Shown here in pieces: positions 1 to 11,693 of a DNA stretch of 38,149 bases. The stretch lies in the NCBI RefSeq assembly GCF_001194135.2, contig NC_068995.1:30041588-30079736 (forward strand), written 5' to 3'. Position 1 is the first letter of the stretch. Each line of letters starts with the position of its first letter. Source of the DNA: Octopus bimaculoides. Taxonomy: Eukaryota. Under the pieces are notes generated by a model, which was not told the origin of the DNA, did not search any database, and saw only the letters and a list, made by a program, of their open reading frames with translations. The position numbers and the translations under genes are program-made.

Positions 1-266
1 TAATCAGGGCAGCGCAAAAAGTTGTTTTGCACAAGCATTTCTATAGCCAATTACACGGATGAAATTTACGTATGCTTAATAATTTTACGCAAAACAGCCT
101 TCAGACTTTCCCTATTAATTTCATCGTCTTTTGAATTATGAACATATTTACATCATAAGGGTTTTTTCGTTGTAAGGCTTTCTTTTTTAGTTGATTTTCA
201 GCTAGCAAGACTTATCGTAGATGGCATAATAAGTCACACCCGGACAAGGTCGGGTTATACTGCTAG
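1..266 (+). mobile_element. Helitron 3' terminus (hairpin + CTAG|T); element extends left of the window or is truncated
   Basis: ACCCGGACAAGGTCGGGT hairpin at 238-255, then a 7-nt spacer, CTAG at 263-266 and T at 267. This matches the canonical Helitron 3' end signature. No Rep/helicase coding sequence was recognised. Confidence 0.6.
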
Positions 267-321
267 TCTCCTATAATATTATTCTAAATGTATTTAAATC
301 GAAAGTAATCACTGGCCATTT

Positions 322-349
322 TAATAATAATAATAATAATAATAATATT

Positions 350-419
<70 letters not shown>

Positions 420-445
420 CAACAATAATAATAATGATAATAATA
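322..445. repeat. (AAT)n/(AAC)n microsatellite
   Basis: Seen directly in the sequence. Confidence 0.97.
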
Positions 446-1145
446 GAGAAGAGCATTATCGCTGTGAAAACAACATCCATTCATGAATTTTTTTTTTTTT
501 GTTTTCTTAAATACATGTTTTACCTGTGAATTTGCGTGTGTAAACTGGGAATGCATACAACGAGTTTCTCTGCCCTAGGTGTACGGAAAACACTCGGCGA
601 GAAATGGAAGAAAATTTGAAGAAAGAAGGAAAAAAGACATAATAATAATAATATATATAAATAAATAATCAGAATTTTACTTGTAAATCCATATTTATTC
701 TACAAATATGCCGACACATGTTCGAAAGAACGTATTTCTAGTATATCAACTCACTATTTATTTATATGTGATACTATTCATATATTTATTATTACTCGAA
801 GAAAATATATTAAATATATGTAATGATAATATATAAAAACCATTCTCATTTATCTATTGTTACTGACATAAAGATTATTCAAAGTAACAAATGATGGTCC
901 TTATTTACGTACTTTACTGAATGGAGAACTCCGTCAATTAAAACAAACAAGAAACAGATCTACGATAATTATAATCTATATTATTTCCCAGATAAAGAGA
1001 CAATAAATTGTAAATAAAATATATATATATCTAGATTTTACTAAGTCTTTCAGAAGTAACGAAATTTGAGTATTGCGATATGTATACAAGCTCTATCATC
1101 ATTAATACATATATTTACAATTATTCAAATATATATATATATATA

Positions 1146-1414
1146 TAACCAGCATCGGTTGTCAAGCGACGTCGGGCGGACAAACAAACATACACACACA
1201 CACACACGCATATATATATATATATATATATANNNNNNNNNNNNNNNNNNNNNNNNNNNNNNNNNNNNNNNNNNNNNNNNNNNNNNNNNNNNNNNNNNNN
1301 NNNNNNNNNNNNNNNNNNNNNNNNNNNNNNNNNNNNNNNNNNNNNNNNNNNNNNNNNNNNNNNNNNNNNNNNGTTGGTAAGCAAGCTACATACCACACAG
1401 CCACTCCTGCGCCT
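1146..1414 (-). mobile_element. tRNA-derived SINE family A (central CA/TA microsatellite), gap-interrupted
   Basis: Flanks AACCAGCATCGGTTGTCAAGCG and CCACACAGCCACTCCTGCGCC match other copies at 1634, 30950 and 36810. Confidence 0.7.
1233..1371. other. Assembly gap (other gaps: 4724-4733, 7411-7896, 10672-10681, 11694-12466, 15652-15751, 26111-26436, 30220-30949)
   Basis: N runs in the sequence. Confidence 1.
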
Positions 1415-1419
1415 ATATA

Positions 1420-1607
1420 TAGATCGCTGACCAGGAAGTTTAATTTTTTTTTTCTCCTCGTTTTTCTCCTTATTTCTTTCTGTTGAAGAGCGTAGCTCGA
1501 AACGTTAAAGACTTTCTCTATTCCCGAGCGTTAAACTAATACATCCTTTTGTTGTTTACACCACCTGTCCTCGTCTGTTGTTGTTTTTTTCGTAAATTCT
1601 CCCATAT
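1420..1607 (+). mobile_element. Interspersed repeat resembling a Penelope pseudo-LTR end; second copy at 12490-12680
   Basis: About 170 bp shared with 12490-12680, including TTCTGTTGAAGAGCGTAGCTCGAAACGT...CACCACCTGTCCTCGTCTGTTG; both copies end in (TA)n. Confidence 0.55.
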
Positions 1608-1633
1608 ATATATATATATATATAAATATATGA

Positions 1634-1791
1634 GCTTCCGTCAGTTTCCGCCTGTCAAATCCACTCACAAGGCTTTGGTTGGTCCGAGGCTATAGTAGAA
1701 GACACTTGTCTAATGTTCCACGAAGTGGGACTGAACGCGGAACCATGTGGTTCGGAAGCAAGCTTCTTACAACACACCTACACCTGCGCCT
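1634..1791 (-). mobile_element. SINE family A, 5' (tRNA-like) half
   Basis: The reverse complement has A-box and B-box-like motifs, and the sequence matches 30950-31045 and 37110-37225. Confidence 0.8.
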
Positions 1792-2856
1792 AGGGACGAT
1801 GCAGTGTTGGTTATTACGGGCCTAACTAAATCCGCATTAATGAAGACTAGAAAAGCATTGCATAAATTCTTTGCTAATTTTAATTTATCTATCACTTTTG
1901 AAAACACAAAGCAACTCATTTGCTAGCTGTTACTTTAGATAAAAACTTTTTGCTGTACTCCCTCTACCATACTACCATAAACGTAATCAATACTTCAGAT
2001 ACATTAACATAGACTCTAATCACCATAAATCTACCTTCGATAGCGTAATCAAAGACGTATCTATACAGACATCGGATCTCTCAGCCACGGAGGAAATCTT
2101 CAATAGCCACTCTACATACTATAACCAGGCACTAGTCGGCTTCTCCCAGCAAATTAAATTTATAATAAACACTAGGTTTAAAAAACACATCTCTAAACTC
2201 AGTCCCGGAAGGACATGCCCTACTACTAGACACATTAACTCTCCCACTATAGATAGAAAACTAAAACCTCCACTAGAAACCTAGAAGGACTTCGACTGAG
2301 ACGCTCTCGTCCGCCCTGCGCTCACCCGTATAACATTCGATAGAAACTCAAACTGTTAAGCAACAATTAATCCCGCAACTCTCCTCTAACAAATACTATA
2401 GATTATGTTTCCCCCATATTGCCTTATAAAAGCGTGGGAAGATCGATTCTCTGGTTTACACTCCCATTCGCTTTAAACGTCATGGGCTTAGCCAAAACCT
2501 TTTTAAAATAGTAGACTCTAACTTCCCACGTCACCATAAATACCATTCAATCTTCAGATCTACCCTGAAATTATCCTACTTCCCTCCGCCCAATATAGAC
2601 TCTATTGTTATCCCATCCAATAAGCATAAACTTAATTCCTACACCCTAAATATAAACAAAACATAGGTTAATGCAGCGAAAAAACTAACACCGAACATGA
2701 TAGTATATACTACACCCGTAACCCTAACACTATAACCAGCATAAATTAGGATACGAACATCCCTGCTTCCGAAGAAGGTCGGATTACGGCTAAAACGACT
2801 GTTAATACTAATAGCACCACTACTACTAACGCTAATAACTTTAATGCAACTAGTCT

Positions 2857-2912
<56 letters not shown>

Positions 2913-2974
2913 ACTACTACTACTACTACTACAACTACTGCTGCTGTTGCTGCTGCTACTACTACTACTACTAT

Positions 2975-3024
<50 letters not shown>

Positions 3025-3560
3025 ATAATAATAATAATAATAATAACCACAATAATAATAATACGAGCCAATCCCCTAATATTACCTTAAACTTGCCCAT
3101 AAATAGTACAGCATCTTCCCTTTCCACAACTAATCAACGTAAGACAGATAATTGCAACTGCCGGTCCGGGGCCGAATGCCTGCTGCAAGCCCACCGCAGA
3201 AGTTTTAACATAGTATGCACATGCATTGTTCACACATATTACATAATTCTACTAGCTGCTACAGCGGATCCACTATTAATTTTAAACAGAGATATTCTGC
3301 ACATCTAAACTCATTTAAATATGAGGATCATAGCAAATCAACCTCCCTAACTAACCACATCTGATAAATAGGAAAGTACCATATAGGATATCCTGGGCCA
3401 TAATAGATTCTGATATCTCATACCAAAGCCAGCGCTCCACGTGTGGACTCTGCCTGAAAGAAGCCCTCCAAATATTAATTCATGATTCACTGCAATTACT
3501 CAATAAACAACACGAAGCATTCTCTACATCTAAGCACCATTAGATTCTGCCATAGGTCTA
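1792..3560 (+). mobile_element. Penelope-like retroelement remnant 1 (RT C-terminus, linker, GIY-YIG endonuclease), 5'-truncated and frameshifted
   Basis: Manual translation gives RDDAVLVITG (YRDD-type RT motif), YINIDSNHH, SILWFTLPF...KIVDSNFPRHHKYHSIF, NCNCRSGAEC, FKQRYSAHLNSF...STSLTNHI and TCGLCLKE...LLNKQHE. These are typical PLE motifs in the expected order. Confidence 0.85.
2858..3062. repeat. Compound (ACT)n/(GCT)n/(AAT)n trinucleotide tract inside the Penelope RT-EN linker
   Basis: Seen directly in the sequence. Confidence 0.97.
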
Positions 3561-4497
3561 AATGCAAGTAGAATCAACACACATAACATCCACGGTCGTT
3601 ACAATATAGTACGTTTTTTCTTTTCTTTTTCTTCTCCACCAACTAGCTGGCTAGCTTTAACTTTTTAATTTTTAATTCTCTAATTTATATCTTTTATTCG
3701 TTTAATTGTAATTTTATCCTATGCATCCATTTTTAGCTATCTCTAATGACCACTGAACTAAATATTCTCTCTGACCACACCTACCCTAGAATTCATCTAT
3801 CTAATTAATAGACATAAATACCTCTCTCCTCTTAACACCTTAACACCTGACCTCTCATCCCGAACCGACACTTACGAAGAATAGTACTGGCATCTAATCT
3901 TTATGTTTTATTTTTATTTTTGATTTTACTTTACTTTCGCTCTCATTCATTCTTTCCTACACCTATCCCGTTTCTCCTCTCTCATGTATCCACTCACTCA
4001 CAACCTATTTCTGTCTATTTTGATGTCTGTCTTTCTCACTCTATATATCTATGTGGACCATTTACATACTAGCTAACAACTTAATCATTTCCTTCAATAT
4101 GAAGGCGTCATTCAAAATACAGTCAAAATACTGCCTGGATTGACCTTGGATTATACCAGGTAAATTTCAATTCTTTGTTATTTTATATATGGGCGCTGGT
4201 CACGTGTGTCCGGTTGCTATTTCTTTTCGGTCTTGAACTCTCCAAGCTCGCACGCACTTCTTCGCCTCTCCAGTTCGTGCTTCACAGCGTTCAATACACA
4301 CACACTTCTCCACGTCTGGCTGTATAGCCTTTTTGTTTGTTTATTTCGCCGTTTCGTTTTCCTTTCTTGTTTTCCGTCCGCCACTATCCTCCACAAAAAA
4401 AAATTTAATTTGTGTTCGCGGGAAGAGCCATTTTAACGATGCGTCCTGCCCTAACTCTTCGAAACGCCGGTGTTTTAATGGTGGCAGCTGATGAAGG

Positions 4498-4723
4498 ATA
4501 TGTTCTCTATGTGGCCTGCTTGTTTGTTGTACCTTGTTTATCATTTTGTCCATGTTCTTTTGCAACGTCATGTACCCAGATATGTATCTATATGTACATG
4601 TAGATGAAGGTATGTACATACATGTACATATAGATACATATCTGGGTACATGACGTTGCAAAAGAACATGGACAAAATGATAAACAAGGTACAACAAACA
4701 AGCAGGCCACATAGAGAACATAT
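4498..4723. repeat. Perfect 105-bp inverted repeat (4498-4602 / 4619-4723, 16-bp spacer) abutting a 10-N gap
   Basis: The arms are exact reverse complements as read, and the right arm stops at the gap. Confidence 0.9.
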
Positions 4724-4859
4724 NNNNNNNNNNATAATGTGTTGAAACAGATATTGTTGTATTTGGGGATGGTCATACTGCCAGTTTAGCCAATAAAAAC
4801 ACACGTACTATATATTTGGTGTTAATTTGCTTCAGCTTTATTTTATTTTTTACATTAAT

Positions 4860-6580
4860 CGTATTTCGGTCAGAGTTCTTTCGTCACACTTCTGTGACTT
4901 CATCAGTGGTCCTTTGCTTTCTTCTTTCTTATTTGTATGTCTTTCCTTACTAACGATCGGCTATTTTGTATTTTGTATTCCTATTGTATGTGTCTTTATT
5001 TGCGCATGCGTATACCCCTATGTGTGTTTATGTTTAGTAAGTGCGTGTGTGTGTATGGGAGTGCCTGTATTATCTGTATCCCCTGTTTATACATGTTCGT
5101 TTAATTTGTTTTTATTTATTTGTTCATGTGTTTATACCTACTTATTTTTCTATTCTTTCTTTTTTTGTATTTAATTTAATTTAATTTTGTTAACGTATAT
5201 AGTTATTTAATTCTATTTGTTTATCTGTGTATTGTATTATATTTTGTTCATATTGTTATCAGTTTATGGGGATCTTATTCTGTCATATGTTGTGGTTTAT
5301 TAGGGATGTGTGCTAGTGTTCCGTTCCGGTTTCCTATTCAGGCTAGGTTTATCTTCTATTACGTGTGTAGCTTCTGTAATTTGTCTAAGCGTTGCGTCTG
5401 TTCTATGTATGGACAAGATTTTAACTTCTATGTTGTTGAGTGAGCCCCCGTGTTCCTGCTCGGCGTGCTGGTACAGAACTGATGAGCACTTCTCTTCCTT
5501 AAGTTCCTTCCAATGTTTCATTCACCCGCTCTCCTATGCTCCGTGCCGTTTCCCCTGCGTATGTCGTTGTCTTGTTACTGCATCGTCCATCTGTACATCT
5601 TATACTATAGACTACATTACTGGCTTTATAGTTTGCTTGTGGGCTAAATCTACATACAGTACAGTTCCCATCAGTACAGGGGGTTCTACTAAAAGGGTAG
5701 GGTCTACCGATTAGGGATTTGATAGGGTTGCCTGGCCTTTCAACAACCTTAATTCTTAGCTTAAGTTTGTCTAGGGTCCTTCTAAAGCGGTACGCCAGTT
5801 CACCTCTAGGGGTGGTGTCGACGGACATGACACTCTGGTATTTGTGGCTATCATACCATGAGTTGGCCTTCCCTATTTTCTTCTTAGTCCTTTCAATGGT
5901 GTTCCATGACTTGCTCCTATAGAGTGGGCAATCCCATTCCTATCTTTACGTTTAATGGTTTCAAATTTCCTCATAGCTCCTTTGTATACCCTGACCCTTT
6001 CTTTATGGCTGTAACCTGAGAACTGCATGCGGTGAACGAAATGTTGTATGTGTCTCTTTAACTCTGTAGGGTTGCACACGCGGGACACATTTCGCATTAC
6101 TCTGACGAGGTCTGCCATCAATATATTGAATTTGGCATTGTCCACGATAGCTGAGCTTCAGTGGATCAGGTATTAGGAGGTCATAGGTTTGGCATAGTAT
6201 GAATGAAGGATTCGGGTTTTGTTATTCTCAGTTTCCAGCCAGAGTTCTGTATCTAGTACTGATAGTCTATGGTTAGGGTGTTTAGTAGGGTAGTCTATCA
6301 TGACCTTAATACTCTGGTGGATGGAGTTAGCTATTTGCTGGATGCTCTCCATAGTATTAGTTTCTATTTCTTTTTCAAGAGTACTCTCTTGTGGGGGTGC
6401 CTTTAACACTACGTTGATATCATCGATATAGCGAGAGTACATGTTCACGAGTATGGAGTTCTATGTCAGGCGTTCCTTAAGCTTTCTTTCCCACCATACC
6501 ATGAAAAGGTTGGCCACATCACCGGTGATACTAACGACCATAGCTGCCCACCCCCGTCCTGGGCGTATATTTTATTGTGT
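4860..6580 (-). mobile_element. Penelope-like retroelement remnant 2 (RT + GIY-YIG, then 3' region with hammerhead motif), 5'-truncated at a (TA)n(GA)n tract
   Basis: HNKIYAQDGG.AAM...ANLFM; MYSRYIDDI (ORF 6173-6448); RMQFSGYS (5873-6145); CTVC...NVVYSIRC...YAGETARSIGERVNE (5499-5828); HAEQEH...RQITEA...PSLNRK (5300-5521). Confidence 0.92.
4866..4912 (-). ncRNA. Degenerate type I hammerhead ribozyme motif
   Basis: Minus strand reads GGACCA CUGAUGA A GUCACA-GAAG-UGUGAC GAAA GAAC UC UGACCG. The core and a perfect 6-bp stem II are present; stem I is weak. Confidence 0.55.
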
Positions 6581-6581
6581 G

Positions 6582-6618
<37 letters not shown>

Positions 6619-7084
6619 GATGGATTTCGTTGGACACTGCAGGACGAAAAACAAAACTTGTTAAAGAGTGAATGATCTCACTAGAATCAACGGCCTTCCA
6701 GCTATATAAGTCCTTATTTGCTTCAAGATGACCAGAGCAGGATAATCAACTTCAATGAGGGCAGACAGGCCTTTCGGAAGTTGTGGGTGACAACCTGTCT
6801 AGTGATGGTACACGATGTAATTACTGTTTAGTGGCAACGTTAAAACACATACATCAATTATGAGAACTCTCAAAAATGAAAAGTAATACTAACAACGTCA
6901 CAAGGTTGGAGCTTTTAGCGAAGGTGTCGCGTCCGGTTGGTGTCCTGTGGAACAGCAGCAGAGGCACAGTCGTAATCAAGCTACTGCTGAACCTCAACAG
7001 CGAAGGAGATAACAATGAACAAAGGAGGGCAACAAATTATTGTTTGAATGTTGTATTAGGAGTGAACCACAGAAAAGAGGTTGT

Positions 7085-7410
7085 TGTTATTATTATTATT
7101 ATTGTGTGAGAGAGCAGTGCATGCCATCAAAGTGACACTGAGGTAAAATATACGAAGCCCAGTATACCCATCATGACTACCCATCTGATAAGGGTACACC
7201 AGGCACATGCATCACAACCATATGTGCGCGACATGGTGATCTCATATCAAGATAAACAGCACATGACCTCGCAGGTGGGGCCCAGTTAGAATTTTCTTCA
7301 GGTCGAGTAGCCCATCCTGCTCAAAAGGTCCTTGAATAAGGTTTGTTTAAGGATGTCGAGCAAAATACCTATGTTTCCCAATGTGAATTATTCAAACCCC
7401 AAAGAATTCC
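7085..7410 (-). mobile_element. Interspersed retroposon-like repeat family B with (AAT)n 3' tail, broken by a gap
   Basis: About 300 bp highly similar to 11365-11693 and partly to 11060-11200. Confidence 0.75.
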
Positions 7411-7929
7411 NNNNNNNNNNNNNNNNNNNNNNNNNNNNNNNNNNNNNNNNNNNNNNNNNNNNNNNNNNNNNNNNNNNNNNNNNNNNNNNNNNNNNNNNNN
7501 NNNNNNNNNNNNNNNNNNNNNNNNNNNNNNNNNNNNNNNNNNNNNNNNNNNNNNNNNNNNNNNNNNNNNNNNNNNNNNNNNNNNNNNNNNNNNNNNNNNN
7601 NNNNNNNNNNNNNNNNNNNNNNNNNNNNNNNNNNNNNNNNNNNNNNNNNNNNNNNNNNNNNNNNNNNNNNNNNNNNNNNNNNNNNNNNNNNNNNNNNNNN
7701 NNNNNNNNNNNNNNNNNNNNNNNNNNNNNNNNNNNNNNNNNNNNNNNNNNNNNNNNNNNNNNNNNNNNNNNNNNNNNNNNNNNNNNNNNNNNNNNNNNNN
7801 NNNNNNNNNNNNNNNNNNNNNNNNNNNNNNNNNNNNNNNNNNNNNNNNNNNNNNNNNNNNNNNNNNNNNNNNNNNNNNNNNNNNNNNNNNNNNNNNGAGA
7901 ATACACCTGTAGAAAAAAAAAAGGTAATG

Positions 7930-8238
7930 TAAAAGGAGAAAGGGCTCTATACCCCTTTCTTATTTTTTCTGACCAGTCTCCCGTGGTTTTATGGGTTTTT
8001 CCACGTGTAACCTTTCCTTTTTCGAAGCGCCTCCTCCTTTGGGACTTCTACTTATTTATTTATCTATTTATTTATTATATCTTTCTCCGTTTTCTTCCTC
8101 TGTTTAGACGAACTTTCCTACCTTTTCGGACAAAACCTTTTGTAACCTTCGTCCTGTCTTTGTCCTTATATGTTTTTAATTGATATTAGCCCTTGTGGCC
8201 AATAAAACGAATTAATTATTATTATTATTATTATTATT
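7930..8238 (+). mobile_element. Probable LINE 3' UTR ending in AATAAA plus (ATT)n tail
   Basis: GCCCTTGTGGCCAATAAAACGAA is immediately followed by (ATT)n, with a pyrimidine-rich stretch upstream. The family assignment is inference only. Confidence 0.35.
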
Positions 8239-9497
8239 ACATACTTTATGTCTTTATTTTAGTCATCTTTCCTATTTTCCCGTTCTTCTTCATATTGACA
8301 CTAATGTAACCACGTGTTTGTTTGTCCGTTCATTTATTTAAAAGCACGCAAATGAACAAATGTTTACTGTTAAAATTTGTCGCCACGTAACTGTAATCGT
8401 TTGTTTAATTTCTTATCCAAACATAACGCTTGTCATGACATCTTACGGTCATCTCAACTGCCATAATCTTTGTTGATAAATGAAATCCGTCCTTCGAATC
8501 TGAAAATGGAGTTTTAAAGAAATCTTCATTTTGTGAGCATCGATATCGTGAAACTACGTGTTACGATGGAGCTATACTCTGAGCTTATGAAATACACTTG
8601 CACGCACCCACGCATGCACACGCACACATATACACAAACAAACGCATGTATGTATCGAGTAAGCTTATTTCTGATATGTATACTCTCTCTCACTCTCGCA
8701 CACGTGTGCAATACACGTACGGGGGGGGGCTATGGGGTGCTCAGCACCCCCAGTTAGAATCTCATCCCCCCCACTCCAGTATGAGAATTTGTTTTGTCCA
8801 TGTCGCCGCCTTCTTTTTTCTCATAAGCAATATCTAAAGTCGCTAAAGATGCAATAAACTGAATTTCTTTTGATTTAGTAGTTGAAAATGTGGGTAAATT
8901 AGAGCTGGTCAACGTGTTTGTTGTAGCTGTAATTGTTGGCTGCTGACCTGGTCATCAACTGTGGGTTGAATTAAGGAGTGGGTGACGCTGGGTCAGTTGT
9001 TGTTGTGGTGGTGGTGGTGCTCGTTGTGGCGACGGCGGTGCTGGTGATTGTCCTTGTTGCTGTTGAAAAGTATGTGAAGAATTGTTGCTGTAGTTAGAGA
9101 TTTATGGTCGTAAACGCATCACTACACACATATATATGTGAACAGAGACGGACATTAAAAAGTCATTTTATTTCTACTAGTCAGAGAGGATTATTATTCG
9201 CGAAAAAGGAAAGAAATTTTTGAAATTTCCCAAATTATACATTCAGAAAGTATTTTTCAGGTGAGAACTTTCACTGAATAATTTTTCTTACTCATTGGAC
9301 AAAGTTTAGACTGAAATCATTTTATGTTTTTCCTAAAAAAAGCATAACTTTGAAGAAATTGAAAAAAAAAAAAAATTGCTTGAACTGAAATCTCTTACGA
9401 GTTTAATTTTAAAATACATAAATTTTAAGAAATTGTTACTCTTACTACGATATTCTACCATATAATTCATTATTGCAAATATCAGTGCCCAAAAATA

Positions 9498-10309
9498 ATG
9501 AATCACTACCGAAAAAGAGAACTGAAGCAATCATTGCTGAATTTCCAATCTGATTCACCTAATAATGCTAAACAGAAGAGAATTGCAAACGAAGTTTCGA
9601 AGCTCAAGGGAGGTCTTGCAAAGTCTTTGACACCCTCATTGGATGATCTAGGACAGGTCGACTGCCAACCAGTGCAGCCAGTTCTAGCAAAGTTTGATCA
9701 AAAAATTTATGGAAATCAGAGACGTGACTTCTCGTCAAGCTGGTATACCGGTCACCCATGGTTAGAGTATTCTCTTTCAAAGAAAGCCTTGTTTTGTTTT
9801 GCTTGTCGGCACTTTAATACTTCTGCTCAAGCTGATACTTGTTTTAGTAAAAATGGATATTCTAATTGGCATCATGCAAAAGAAAAAAACAAAACAAAGG
9901 TTTAAATAAGCACGCAAACTCTGCATCCCATATCCAAACTATGATAACATGGAATGAACACCAACAGCGTTTATCCACAACAACATCCGCGTCTTTAATC
10001 TTGCAAAATGATCAGTTGAGCAAAAACCGTTATTATATCAGTTCCATTGTTGATATTGTTAATTTTCTTTGTGCAAACAAATTGCCTTTGCGAGGAAACG
10101 AAAATGAAGCTTTTCAGGATCTTTATTCGGAAGATGATACGCAGCCTTGTGGTCTTTTTATGAAATTATTCCAGTACACATTAGAGAAAGACTCAAAGCT
10201 AATGGAATATTACAGCACGATTCCAAAAAAATGTGACCTATACATCAGCAGCAATGCAAAACGAAACCATCGAATTGTTGAGAAGACACACTATCAGCTT
10301 CGTGGTTGA
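9498..10309 (+). pseudogene. hAT transposase N-terminal remnant (TTF-type zinc finger + DUF4371, ZMYM1-like), frameshifted at an A-run near 9890, catalytic part missing
   Basis: RRDFSSSWYTGHPWLEYSLSKKALFCFACRHF...GYSNW; LNKHANSASH; IVDIVNFLCANKLPLRG; GLFMKLFQY; TYTSAAMQNETIELL. Confidence 0.88.
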
Positions 10310-10369
10310 TGTTTATTTGAAATTATTTAAAGATAATGTTTAAAGATTTGGCTGTTATCTCTAGCATGT

Positions 10370-10983
10370 AGAAAGACCTTTTAGGCTTAACTATGTTCTT
10401 GTAGAAAATCATTAAAAAAATATTGGAGTTGATACATTCGACTAAAAATTCTTCGAGGTGATGCCCCAGCATGACCTCAGTTTAATGATTGCAACAAGTA
10501 AAATGAAATTAAAAACGAAATATATCAGAAGTTTTGACCAGGTTAGGTGTCAAGAAATGTGAAAAAAAAAACAAAGCCCCAAAAATATTAGCATGGGGCT
10601 TTTGTCCACTTTCACACTTTAAATATGGGCTTTTGTCCGTACCCCTGTTCAGCACCCCCAGCTATCAAGATNNNNNNNNNNAGAAAGACCTTTTAGGCTT
10701 AACTATGTTCTTGTAGAAAATCATTAAAAAAATATTGGAGTTGATACATTCGACTAAAAATTCTTCGAGGTGATGCCCCAGCATGACCTCAGTTTAATGA
10801 TTGCAACAAGTAAAATGAAATTAAAAACGAAATATATCAGAAGTTTTGACCAGGTTAGGTGTCAAGAAATGTGAAAAAAAAAACAAAGCCCCAAAAATAT
10901 TAGCATGGGGCTTTTGTCCACTTTCACACTTTAAATATGGGCTTTTGTCCGTACCCCTGTTCAGCACCCCCAGCTATCAAGAT
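10370..10983. repeat. Exact 302-bp direct duplication (10370-10671 / 10682-10983) around a 10-N gap; likely unmerged contig overlap
   Basis: The copies read as identical and are separated only by the Ns. Confidence 0.9.
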
Positions 10984-11059
10984 AGCACCCCCAGTTGCAA
11001 TCGGCTGGCTACGTGGCTGGTACACACGCATGCATGCATACATACAAACATACAACCTT

Positions 11060-11693
11060 GCAGGTTGGGCTCAGTTAGAATTTTCTTCAGGTTGAGTAGC
11101 CCATCCTGCTCAGAAGGTCCCTGAATAAGGGTTGTTTAAGGATATTGAATGAAACACTCATGTTTCCAGAGGTACTTTATTAAAACCCCAACGAATTCCT
11201 CTCAACACATGGCTATGATGCTCCCCCATTACTTCTGCTTGTGATCAGAGATGCACATATAATCAGCCACAAAGGGACATACTCGACTGGTTAAGGTCAA
11301 ACAACTGACAAGCAAATCTGTGGTATTGTACAGAATATTTATTGTAGCCCATCTTTTATAACAGTTATTATTATTATTGAGTGAGAGAGCAGTGCATGTC
11401 ATCAAAATGACACTGGGGTAAACTATACGAAGCCCATTATACCCATCATGACTACCCGTCTGATAAGGGTACACCAGGCACATGCATCACAACCATATGT
11501 GCATGACACGGTGATCTCATATCAAGATAAACAGTGCATGACCTCGCAGGTGGGACCCAGTTAGAATTTTCTTCAGGTCGAGTAGCCCATCCCGCTAAAA
11601 AGGTCTCTGAAAAAGGTTTGTTTAAGGATGTTGAGCAAAACACCCATGTTTCCAAAAGTGAATTATTCAAACCCCAAAGAATTCCTCTCAACA
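11060..11693 (-). mobile_element. Repeat family B: two tandem partial copies (11060-11345 and 11365-11693)
   Basis: Shared CAGTTAGAATTTTCTTCAGGT(C/T)GAGTAGCCCATCC...AAACCCCAA(A/C)GAATTCC block; homologous to 7085-7410. Confidence 0.75.

Larger units (their letters stand above)
8712..11019 (+). mobile_element. Internally deleted hAT DNA transposon
   Basis: The right end reads CAGCCACGTAGCCAG on the minus strand (hAT-like TIR). The AGCACCCCCAG subterminal motif occurs at both ends (~8743, ~10961, ~10984), with a transposase remnant inside. The left TIR and TSD are degenerate. Confidence 0.7.

Noticed and set aside
271-556. Low-complexity ORFs (poly-I/Y/L/T/H; also 2639-3127, 21811-22301, 36319-36604, 36991-37263)
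   Set aside because: These are translations of microsatellites.
6620-7080. ORF 6876-7109 and a possible minus-strand exon
   Set aside because: No recognisable motif on either strand and no consistent splice and frame pairing.
7332-8183. Long ORFs spanning N runs (also 1066-1404, 11534-12515, 15597-15914, 25994-26469, 30043-31176)
   Set aside because: They are open only because Ns translate as X.
10370-10983. 302-bp direct repeat as a biological duplication or LTR pair
   Set aside because: The copies are identical and separated only by 10 Ns, the typical signature of an unmerged contig overlap.
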